DNA of 32,000 nucleotides from Mycobacterium terramassiliense (GTDB lineage Bacteria; Actinomycetota; Actinomycetes; Mycobacteriales; Mycobacteriaceae): NCBI RefSeq assembly GCF_900157385.1, contig NZ_LT717700.1, positions 673,818 to 705,817 of the forward strand, read 5' to 3'. Shown piece by piece: positions 10,263 to 17,463 of this stretch (position 1 is its first letter; each line of letters starts with the position of its first letter). The notes under the pieces were generated by a model. It saw only the letters and a program-made list of their open reading frames with translations, ran no database searches and was not told where the DNA came from. The position numbers and the translations under genes were made by a program.

Positions 10263-11108
10263 ATGGCGTCGAGCTTCTCGGGCAAGGTCGCATTCGTCAC
10301 CGGCGGCGCGTCGGGCATCGGCGCCGCGCTGGCCACCAACTTGGCCGACGCGGGCGCCGAGGTGTGGATCGCCGATCGCCAGCTCGAGGCGGCGCAGGAG
10401 CTGGCGCAACGCCTGAGCAACCGCGGCGCGCAGGCGCACGCGATCGAACTCGATGTGCGCAGCTACCCCGCTTTCGAAAGCGCCGTCGCCCAGGCGGTAC
10501 AGCAATCCGGGCGCATCGACTACCTGTTCAACAACGCCGGCATCGGCGTGGGCGGCGAGGTCGACTCGTACACGCTCGACGACTGGAACGACGTCTTGGA
10601 CGTGAACCTGCACGGCGTGGTGCACGGCATCCAAGCGGTGTATCCGGTGATGATCCGCCAGGGTTCGGGCCACATCGTGAACACGGCCTCGATGGCCGGG
10701 CTGCTCGCCTCGCCCGGCGCCGTGAGCTACACCGCCGCCAAACACGCCGTCGTCGCGATCTCGCGGGCGCTGCGGTTGGAGGCCGGGCGCCACGGCGTGT
10801 CGGTGTCGGTGCTGTGCCCCGGCGCCATCCGCACCCCGATCCTCACCGGCGGCAGGTACGGACGGATGGCAAAGACCGGGGCGGGGGACGCGGCGCTGCT
10901 CAAGTTCTGGGAGCCGATGCGGCCGTTGGCGCCCGAAAAGTTCGCCGCGCGTGTCCTTCGTGCGGTATCACGCCGTGACGCGATCATCATCGTGCCGGGC
11001 TGGTGGAAGGCGTTTTGGTACCTCGAACGCCTCTCGCCGGCCGCTTCGGCGTGGAGCGCCAGACTCTCGCTCAAGCGCCTGCGGGCGATGGATTCCGCTA
11101 CCTCCTGA
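10263..11108 (+). CDS. short-chain dehydrogenase/reductase (SDR) family oxidoreductase
   Basis: The 281-aa protein carries GKVAFVTGGASGIGAA (TGxxxGxG), NNAGIG and SYTAAKHAV (the YxxxK catalytic motif). Confidence 0.85.
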   Translation: MASSFSGKVAFVTGGASGIGAALATNLADAGAEVWIADRQLEAAQELAQRLSNRGAQAHAIELDVRSYPAFESAVAQAVQQSGRIDYLFNNAGIGVGGEVDSYTLDDWNDVLDVNLHGVVHGIQAVYPVMIRQGSGHIVNTASMAGLLASPGAVSYTAAKHAVVAISRALRLEAGRHGVSVSVLCPGAIRTPILTGGRYGRMAKTGAGDAALLKFWEPMRPLAPEKFAARVLRAVSRRDAIIIVPGWWKAFWYLERLSPAASAWSARLSLKRLRAMDSATS

Positions 11109-11118
11109 GGCGCAACCG

Positions 11119-11227
11119 AATCACGCTTGAAAACAAGCACTTTCGCCAACCGGTGGCGCTACCATCACGCTTGTCGCTGTAGTCGGGCGGCGACCGCTTC
11201 ACGTGAGCCATTGCTTGGGGGGGTCGG
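11119..11227 (+). repeat. conserved PE-gene 5' leader, copy 1 (about three quarters identical by eye to 12622-12729)
   Basis: Blocks shared with copy 2 are cgcttgaaaaca, tttcgc, cgcta(c/a)catc, cgcttgtcgct, gcgaccgc, cattgct and gggtcggatgtcgtttgtg. A possible -10 hexamer taccat lies at 11160-11165. Confidence 0.6.
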
Positions 11228-12623
11228 ATGTCGTTTGTGCTTGCGGTTCCCGATGTGATGGCCGATGCGGCAACGCGTTTGGCGGGCATCGGTTCGGCGG
11301 TCAACACCGCCCAGTCGGCGGCGGCCGTACCCACAACGGGGGTGCTGGCGGCGGCCGGCGATGAGGTGTCGACGGCCGTCGCCGCGGTGTTTTCGCGGTG
11401 CGCCACGGCGTATCAGGCGCTGGGTTCTCAGGCGGCGGCTTTTCACACCCAGTTGGTGCAGACCCTCAACGCGAGCGCGGGCACCTATCTCGCCGCCGAC
11501 GCCGCCAACGCGTCGCCGCTGCAGACCCTCCAGGAAGACGTGCTGGGGTTGATCAACGCGCCGACCAACGCGCTTTTCGGGCGCCCGCTGATCGGCAACG
11601 GCGCCAACGGGACGACGAACGCCCAAGGGATAGGAACGCCCGGCGGCAACGGCGGATTCCTGTCCGGCAACGGCGGCAACGGCGGCAACAGCACCGCCAC
11701 CGGCGCGCCCGGTGGCGGTGCTGTTGCCGCCGGGCGGCCGGGGCGGCTTGTTGGGAGGTGTGGCCGGTGCCACCGGCGCCCCCGGCGTGGCCACGGTCCC
11801 AATCACGGTGCAAAACAACGACATCATCGCGAACCTCTCGGTGGGCGGGGGACCGACGGCGTCCGTGGTGGTCGATACCGGGTCGCGGGGTCTCATTCTC
11901 CCGCCCCAGGACGTGAACACGGCGACCCTCGGGCCGCCCACCGGGAGCGGTAGCGTCGTATACGGCGAACCCGGCGATACCTTGACCGTGAACTACACCA
12001 CCTACGCGACGACGGTGAATTTCGGGAACGGAATCGTCACCCAGCCGACCACCGTCGCCGTGGCCACCTCCGCGACCCAAACCATCGACTTCTTCTTTTC
12101 AAGTCCGGTTCCAACTTCGCAAGTGCCGGCCATCCTGGGCGTGGGGGTCAATCCCGCCGGACCACTCGGCAGCAGCCCCGTGACGGCATTGCCCGGCAGT
12201 TTCGGTCAGGGTGTGCTGATCGATGAACCCAAGGGCGTAATGGAGTTCGGTACAAACCCGTTGCCCGCCATTGGCTCCGTTACCGGCGCCCCCTCCACCA
12301 CCCTGGACATCCGAATCAATAGCGGGGCCCTCCAATCGACTTCCGGCGCATTCATCGATTCGGGCGGTCTGTACGGATCCGTCCCGGACAATCTCAACCC
12401 TCCCAATGCCGGCGGATACCTGCCGGCGGGAACGACCATTTCCGTCTACACCCCCGACGGGACGACGTTGCTGTACACGACGACGGTCGGTTCACAACAG
12501 ACCTCCATCGTGTCGAGTTTGCTTGGCGGCAACTTCAACACCGGGATCGCTCCCTTCCTGCAAGATCCCATCTACCTCTCGTACAGCCCCAGCGGCACCG
12601 GGACCACGATTTTCGACACGTGA
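11228..12623 (+). pseudogene. PE-PGRS family protein with a PecA-type aspartic-protease C-terminal domain, apparently frameshifted near 11712-11745
   Basis: The PE domain [56 protein letters not shown]... and the start of the PGRS region (GNGGFLSGNGGNGGNS) are in the frame of 11228. The protease domain, with VVVDTGS (DTG at 11874-11882) and FIDSGGLYG (DSG), is in the frame of track ORF 11712..12623. Past about 11735 the first frame degenerates into Arg-rich nonsense. Confidence 0.6.
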
Positions 12624-12729
12624 ATTCGCTTTGAAAACACGCAATTTCGCGACACGTTGTCGCTAACATCCGCTTGTCGCTCATCGGGCCGCGACCGCAC
12701 ACTGACACGCATTGCTCCTGGAGGGTCGG
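12622..12729 (+). repeat. conserved PE-gene 5' leader, copy 2
   Basis: See copy 1. A possible -10 hexamer taacat lies at 12664-12669, and the SD ggaggg sits 5-6 nt before ATG 12730. Confidence 0.6.
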
Positions 12730-14382
12730 ATGTCGTTTGTGTTCGCGGTGCCCGAAACGGTGACCGATGCAGCAGCGAATCTGCAGAACCTTGGCTCGAC
12801 GATCAACGCGGCCCACGCGGCGGCGGCCGCCCCCACGACGGGAGTGCTGGCGGCCGCCGAGGATGAGGTGTCGGCGGCCATTGCGACCCTGTTTTCGCGG
12901 CACGGCTCGGCATATCAGGCGCTGAGCGCGCAGGCCGCGGCGTTTCACACCCAGTTGGTGCAGACCCTCGATGCGGGTGCCGGCGCCTACGCGGGGGCCG
13001 AGGCCGCCAACGCGGCGCCGCTGCAGAGCCTGGAACAAGACGCGCTGTCCCTCATCAACGCGCCGACCAACGCGCTGCTGGGGCGCCCGCTGATCGGCAA
13101 CGGCGCCAACGGCACCACCACCGCACAAGGGGTAGGCACACCCGGTGGGCCCGGTGGACTGTTGTGGGGCAACGGCGGCACGGGCGGGGACAGCATCGCC
13201 GTCGGCGCGCCCGGCGGCGCCGGCGGCCCGGCCGGTTTGATCGGCACGGGCGGCACCGGCGGCATGGGCGGCTGGGCGGCGCCCGGAGGCACCGGCGGCA
13301 CCGGTGGGTGGTTGTGGGGCAACGGCGGCACGGGCGGCATCGGCGGGCCCACCGCGCCGGGAGGCATCGGCGGCGCCGCCCAGCCGCCCATGCCGCCGGT
13401 GCCGCCCGGCCAGGGCGGGGTTCTTTCCGGTACCGGCGGCCAGGGCGGCCCCGGCGGCGCGCTGTGGGGCCACGCCGGCGCCACCGGCGCCGTGGGCGGC
13501 CCGGCCACCGCCGAGCTACAGATGTTCGGCACCAAACCGCGCCTCGAAATCATGGTCGAAGGCGGAACGCCCGTCTGGGCGACCGCTGACACCGGGGCCA
13601 GCTATACCTTGGTCCCGGAGCAGTACGTCAATGTGGCGGCCCTCGGGGCTCCGATAGCGACCGATAAAACCGTCTACTTCGGCGCCGGCGGCTACACGAA
13701 AGCCGACACCTACGACTTGTATTACGGCCAGCTGAATTTCGGCAATGGCATCGTCACCAAGCCCACCGAGATCGGCGTGATCACACACGAGGCGTACTCC
13801 ACGCCGACGAAGACGTACGTCATCCCGCAGAACCAATGGCGCGCCCTCATCGGCATGGGGGAAAATACAGTGGCCAAGGGGGATTTCCCGAACACCTCCT
13901 TGCAGGCGCTGCCGGATCCGCTGAATGAGGGCGTGCTGATCAACCAGCCCAGGGACTACTTCCAGTTCGGAGCCAACCCGCTCCCTGCCATCGCCGCCGT
14001 CAACGGGGCGCCGAATGCCACCGGGCTGGTGCTGTCGGTCGACGGGGGAACCAACTACATTCCGGTAACGGGCATTATCGATTCCGGCGGGTCCTACGGA
14101 TTTGTACCGCAGTCCCTACTCCCCAACGTTCCGATCGACAGCCCCGTGCCGGTGGGAACGACGATTACCGTCGCCGTCGACACCGGGGCCCCCCAGCCCA
14201 CTGTCCTGTACACACAGACGATCACCGACGCGACCACCACCGCATACACCCCGAAGGTTTTTTCCAGCACGCTTCCGACGAATTTCAACAGCGGAAACTT
14301 TCCCTACACCGAGATGCCGATCTATACCGACTTCAGCCCAACGGGCGTCGGCACAACGGTTTTCGATCAGCAGGTCCCGTAA
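12730..14382 (+). CDS. PE-PGRS family protein with a PecA-type aspartic-protease C-terminal domain (intact)
   Basis: The 550-aa protein starts at ATG 12730; the track ORF begins 6 codons earlier at a TTG. It has the PE domain [56 protein letters not shown], a GGxGG (PGRS) region with a Pro-rich insert [13 protein letters not shown], and a C-terminal domain with ATADTGAS (DTG) and IIDSGGSYG (DSG). Confidence 0.85.
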   Translation: MSFVFAVPETVTDAAANLQNLGSTINAAHAAAAAPTTGVLAAAEDEVSAAIATLFSRHGSAYQALSAQAAAFHTQLVQTLDAGAGAYAGAEAANAAPLQSLEQDALSLINAPTNALLGRPLIGNGANGTTTAQGVGTPGGPGGLLWGNGGTGGDSIAVGAPGGAGGPAGLIGTGGTGGMGGWAAPGGTGGTGGWLWGNGGTGGIGGPTAPGGIGGAAQPPMPPVPPGQGGVLSGTGGQGGPGGALWGHAGATGAVGGPATAELQMFGTKPRLEIMVEGGTPVWATADTGASYTLVPEQYVNVAALGAPIATDKTVYFGAGGYTKADTYDLYYGQLNFGNGIVTKPTEIGVITHEAYSTPTKTYVIPQNQWRALIGMGENTVAKGDFPNTSLQALPDPLNEGVLINQPRDYFQFGANPLPAIAAVNGAPNATGLVLSVDGGTNYIPVTGIIDSGGSYGFVPQSLLPNVPIDSPVPVGTTITVAVDTGAPQPTVLYTQTITDATTTAYTPKVFSSTLPTNFNSGNFPYTEMPIYTDFSPTGVGTTVFDQQVP

Positions 14383-14399
14383 CGCATCTGCAAAAACGT

Positions 14400-14807
14400 T
14401 CAGGGCGCGGCGGCGCTCGCCTTCGTCCGGAGGCCCGCCGCGCTCGGCCGGGGCCACCGGACGAACGCGGCCGCCCACAGCGCCACGCACAGCGCTTCGG
14501 CGATCACGGAGAGCGCCGCGTGGGGCGCCGGCTCCCACCCGCGCTCGGTGAAGCCGAAGAGCCCAACGGTTCGGGACAGGACGAAGGCGACAAGCGAGCC
14601 ACCGGCGAGCGCGGCGGCGGACCATTCCACCCACCAGGGACCGCCCGCGGCGACCAGCAGGGCCAGCGAGAACGAGACGCTGGCCTGGATCAGGAAGCTG
14701 GTGCCGATCATCGGAATGTGCTGGTAACCGTGGACATACAGGTACGCGTGGCTGAAGGCGCTGACGGCCAGGGCGGCAGCCAGGCCGAGCCGGAGCAAGA
14801 GTTTCAT
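14400..14807 (-). CDS. small integral membrane protein (about 4 predicted TM helices), function unknown
   Basis: The 135-aa protein reads MKLLLRLGLAAALAVSAFSHAYLYVHGYQHIPMIGTSFLIQASVSFSLALLVAAGGPWWVEWSAAALAGGSLVAFVL... and is hydrophobic throughout. Its ATG overlaps the upstream stop (ATGA at 14804-14807). The longer track ORF 14400..15095 is an out-of-context extension. Confidence 0.65.
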   Translation of the reverse strand: MKLLLRLGLAAALAVSAFSHAYLYVHGYQHIPMIGTSFLIQASVSFSLALLVAAGGPWWVEWSAAALAGGSLVAFVLSRTVGLFGFTERGWEPAPHAALSVIAEALCVALWAAAFVRWPRPSAAGLRTKASAAAP

Positions 14808-15730
14808 TGCAGCGTCGTCTCTTTCAGTGCCAGGGCGGTCTGCCCCTTGGTGTAGTTGACCTCGCGAACCCCCAGGGCGTCGCGCAGCTTGCCGGCCGGC
14901 AGCGTGACGGGCTTGGGCGCCGGCCCGTCGCCGGGATGCGGCAGCGGGTAGGCCGTGGTCGTGCCGCTGTAGAACGTCACGTTGCCCTCGGTCTTGGAAA
15001 ATAGTTGGTGCACATGCCCGTTGAGGCAGGTGACCGACGAGAAGCGGCTCAGGTAGCTCAGCGCCTGGCCGGCGTCGTCGGTGCCCCAGCCCCAATCCGG
15101 GTACATCGCGAACAGCGGAATGTGGCTGAACACGATGATCGGCGTATCGTTCGGCAGCCCCGCGACGTCCTTTTCGACGAACGCCAGCTGGTCGGTGCCC
15201 AGATGGCCCAGCTTCTTCAGGTTCAACGTGTTCACCAGCGCGATCACGTGGACTCCGGCGATGTCGAAGCTATACCAACCGTCGCCGCGGGTTCCGGCGC
15301 CGAATGCGTTCCGGTACTTCTGTCCCGCGTCGTCGACCGAATCGTGTTCGCCGGGCACCGTGAAGATGTGCGGCGTTTTGAACTTGGTCATCATCTGCTT
15401 CACCTGGTCGAACTGCTCGGGGCTGGCCAGGTGCGTGAGGTCGCCGGTGTGGATGACGAAATCCGGTGTGTAGCCGAGGTTGTTGATCTCGTCGATCGCG
15501 TGGCCGAAGGTGCTCGTGACGTCCGGGTTCGGCGGGCCGGAGAAGCCGATGTGGCTGTCGCTTACCTGGGCGAAGCGCAGCGTGGGCCGGGCGCCGGCGT
15601 GCGAGGCCGAAGCCGCGCCGGCGACGTGCGAGATCACCTCGCCGCCGACGACGGCGAACCCGACCGCCGCGCCGAACCACGCCGAGTGCCGGATGAGCTG
15701 GCGGCGGGTCATCGTGTTCGGGTCGTTCAT
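14804..15730 (-). CDS. metallophosphoesterase (calcineurin-like) with a twin-arginine signal
   Basis: The 308-aa protein begins MNDPNTMTRRQLIRHSAWFGAAVGFAVVGG, which is Tat-like (TRRQLI). Metallophosphoesterase motifs are VSDSHIG, HTGDLTH, VPGEHD, VFSHIPL and NGHVHQ. The ATG overlaps the upstream stop (ATGA at 15727-15730), and an alternative start exists at 15712. Confidence 0.8.
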   Translation of the reverse strand: MNDPNTMTRRQLIRHSAWFGAAVGFAVVGGEVISHVAGAASASHAGARPTLRFAQVSDSHIGFSGPPNPDVTSTFGHAIDEINNLGYTPDFVIHTGDLTHLASPEQFDQVKQMMTKFKTPHIFTVPGEHDSVDDAGQKYRNAFGAGTRGDGWYSFDIAGVHVIALVNTLNLKKLGHLGTDQLAFVEKDVAGLPNDTPIIVFSHIPLFAMYPDWGWGTDDAGQALSYLSRFSSVTCLNGHVHQLFSKTEGNVTFYSGTTTAYPLPHPGDGPAPKPVTLPAGKLRDALGVREVNYTKGQTALALKETTLQ

Positions 15731-16197
15731 CCCGTCACCACCACCGTGCCGTGCATCATCGGGTGAATCGAGCAGACGTAGTCGAACTTCCCCGCCGCGC
15801 CGAAGGTGTGCGAATACGTGGCTCCCGTTCCCATTCCGGGCGAATGAAACGACCCGTCGCTCGCGGCCACGGTGTGCGGTTCCTCGTCGCGGTTGGTCCA
15901 CGTGACGGTCGCGCCCGCCTTGACGGTCAAGGTGGCCGGCGCGAAGGCGAAGTTGTCGATGCTGACCTGGTCGCCCGTGGCGGCGGCCGGCGACCCGGTG
16001 GCCGACGCCGGGGCCGACGTCGGGCCCGGTGCGCTGGGCATCCCGCTCATGCCCGGCATTCCGGGCATGCCGCTGGCGCCCGAGCCGAAGCTCGCCGACG
16101 GCTGGGCGGCGGGCGGCGAGGACGAGCAGCCGGCCAGCAACAGCGCGCCGGCGGCCAGCACCGCGACCGGATGTTTTCGAAGCTTGGCGATATCCAT
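15727..16197 (-). CDS. cupredoxin (amicyanin/plastocyanin-like) lipoprotein with a Met-rich linker
   Basis: The 156-aa protein has a signal peptide plus lipobox (MDIAKLRKHPVAVLAAGALLLAGC), a linker containing GMPGMPGMSGMP, and a type-1 copper ligand pattern: EEPHTV ... YVCSIHPMMHGTVVV (His...Cys-x2-His-x2-Met). Confidence 0.8.
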   Translation of the reverse strand: MDIAKLRKHPVAVLAAGALLLAGCSSSPPAAQPSASFGSGASGMPGMPGMSGMPSAPGPTSAPASATGSPAAATGDQVSIDNFAFAPATLTVKAGATVTWTNRDEEPHTVAASDGSFHSPGMGTGATYSHTFGAAGKFDYVCSIHPMMHGTVVVTG

Positions 16198-16218
16198 GCC
16201 AAGAGATAGGGCGGCGGG

Positions 16219-16908
16219 TTACACCTCGCGGCGCGGCGGGGCGAACACCTCGATCACGCCGTTGACCTCGCGAACCATCAGCGCGGGCAAGGGCTTTGGC
16301 GAGATGGGCAGCTGGTGGGTGAGCACCTTGCCACTGGGCGAGAACGACGTCGTGTGGCACGGGCAGCGCAGCGCGCCCTCCGGCGCGTCGAACCACAGCC
16401 GGCACCCCTGGTGCGTGCAGACGCCGGATACCGCTTCGGGTTTGCCGTCGACGCGGCGGACGAATCCGGTGACCGAGCCCAGGTCGAACGGGTGCATGAC
16501 GCCGTCGGGCACCTCCGAGCTGGCCGCGACGCGCTGCCAGCTTCCGTCGTAGGGCGTGAGTTCCCCGGCGACAGCCGGACCTTCGGCGGGGCTTTTCATC
16601 AGCGCCCGATCGATGGAGACCGCCGCCGCGGCGGCGGCCGCGGCCGCCGACGTGCCCACGATGACCTGGCGGCGCGTCGTGGGATGCCTGGTCGGCGCCG
16701 GCGCCGGCGCGCCGTTCATCTGCTCGGCGAGCCGGGCGTGCAGGTCGCTGAGGAACTCCTGCCGCGGCTCATCATCGCCCTGCCCGGCCGCGCGCAGCTC
16801 GATCGCGGTCCGGATCTGCGCGGCCTCGAAGTCGTCGGGCGCAAACGGCTTGGGCCGGCGGCCCCGCAACAGGTCGTCGACATAGCGGCGCAACCCTCGC
16901 GCGTTCAT
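16219..16908 (-). CDS. membrane-anchored Rieske [2Fe-2S] protein with an N-terminal cytoplasmic domain (candidate anti-sigma factor)
   Basis: The protein is 229 aa. The charged N-terminal ~75 aa are followed by TRRQVIVGTSAAAAAAAAAVSI, a Tat-like motif plus hydrophobic anchor. The C-terminal Rieske boxes are CTHQGC (aa 164-169) and CPCH (aa 182-185). The ATG overlaps the sigma-factor stop (ATGA at 16905-16908). Confidence 0.75.
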   Translation of the reverse strand: MNARGLRRYVDDLLRGRRPKPFAPDDFEAAQIRTAIELRAAGQGDDEPRQEFLSDLHARLAEQMNGAPAPAPTRHPTTRRQVIVGTSAAAAAAAAAVSIDRALMKSPAEGPAVAGELTPYDGSWQRVAASSEVPDGVMHPFDLGSVTGFVRRVDGKPEAVSGVCTHQGCRLWFDAPEGALRCPCHTTSFSPSGKVLTHQLPISPKPLPALMVREVNGVIEVFAPPRREV

Positions 16909-17441
16909 CGCTGACCTCCATCGTTGACCTGTGCCGCCAGCCGCAGGGCCCGGTGCTGGAGCACTTTGGCGTTGGCGACGCTGATTCCAAGTTCGGCGGC
17001 GGACTCCTTGATCGAATTGCCTTGCAAGAAACGCATTTCCAAAATCTGGCGATACCGGTCCGGCAGGCTGTCGAGAACCCGGGCGACCCGCTGGGGCGCG
17101 GTGCTGATCGCCTCCTCGCTCTCGGGTGGTTGTTCTATGTCGTCGATCGAGGTTATCTCCCGGCCCATCGTCTCCCGCCAGTGCGCGGCCAGGACCGTCC
17201 TGGCCGTGGCCCGCAGGTAGGCGCGGACCTCGCCGACGCTCGCGGTCAGGCGCAGCGGCCGCAGCGCGGCCAGGAAGACCTCGGCGGTGAGGTCCTCCGC
17301 GTCGGCGCGGTTGCCCACCCGGGCGAACAGCGTGCGGTACACCCAGGACGCGTTGTCGGAGTACACGGCCTCCCAGTCGGGATAGCCGTCATCGGGGACC
17401 GCGCGCAGCGGACGCGGGCCGGGTTCGTTGTGAGCCGCCAC
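16905..17441 (-). CDS. ECF (sigma-70 family) RNA polymerase sigma factor
   Basis: The 178-aa protein has a region-2-like segment AEDLTAEVFLAALRPL and a region-4 HTH in LPDRYRQILEMRFLQGNSIKESAAELGISVANAKVLQHRALRLA. It starts at GTG 17441, preceded by AGGAGG (17445-17450). Confidence 0.85.
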   Translation of the reverse strand: MAAHNEPGPRPLRAVPDDGYPDWEAVYSDNASWVYRTLFARVGNRADAEDLTAEVFLAALRPLRLTASVGEVRAYLRATARTVLAAHWRETMGREITSIDDIEQPPESEEAISTAPQRVARVLDSLPDRYRQILEMRFLQGNSIKESAAELGISVANAKVLQHRALRLAAQVNDGGQR

Positions 17442-17463
17442 GTGCCTCCTTCACCGATAAGTA

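Noticed and set aside
13140-13500. The repetitive ggcggcaccggcgg... tracts as a possible CRISPR array or VNTR.
   Set aside because: There is no repeat-spacer periodicity. The repeats are in-frame Gly-Gly-x codons of the PGRS domain inside a continuous ORF.
11165-13592. Pro-rich and Arg-rich minus-strand or alternative-frame ORFs across the PE-PGRS genes (for example 11165..11941, 12535..13473 and 12987..13592 with PPMPPVPP runs).
   Set aside because: They are the reverse complement or frameshifted reading of GGx glycine codon repeats (GGC/GCC). This is an expected artefact of PGRS DNA and not independent genes.
14804-16405. The single 533-aa track ORF spanning the metallophosphoesterase and reading on through the cupredoxin gene region.
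   Set aside because: Upstream of Met at 15730 the translation is Arg/Gly-rich nonsense, out of frame with the well-formed cupredoxin gene (15727..16197). The ATGA junction and the Tat signal define the true start.
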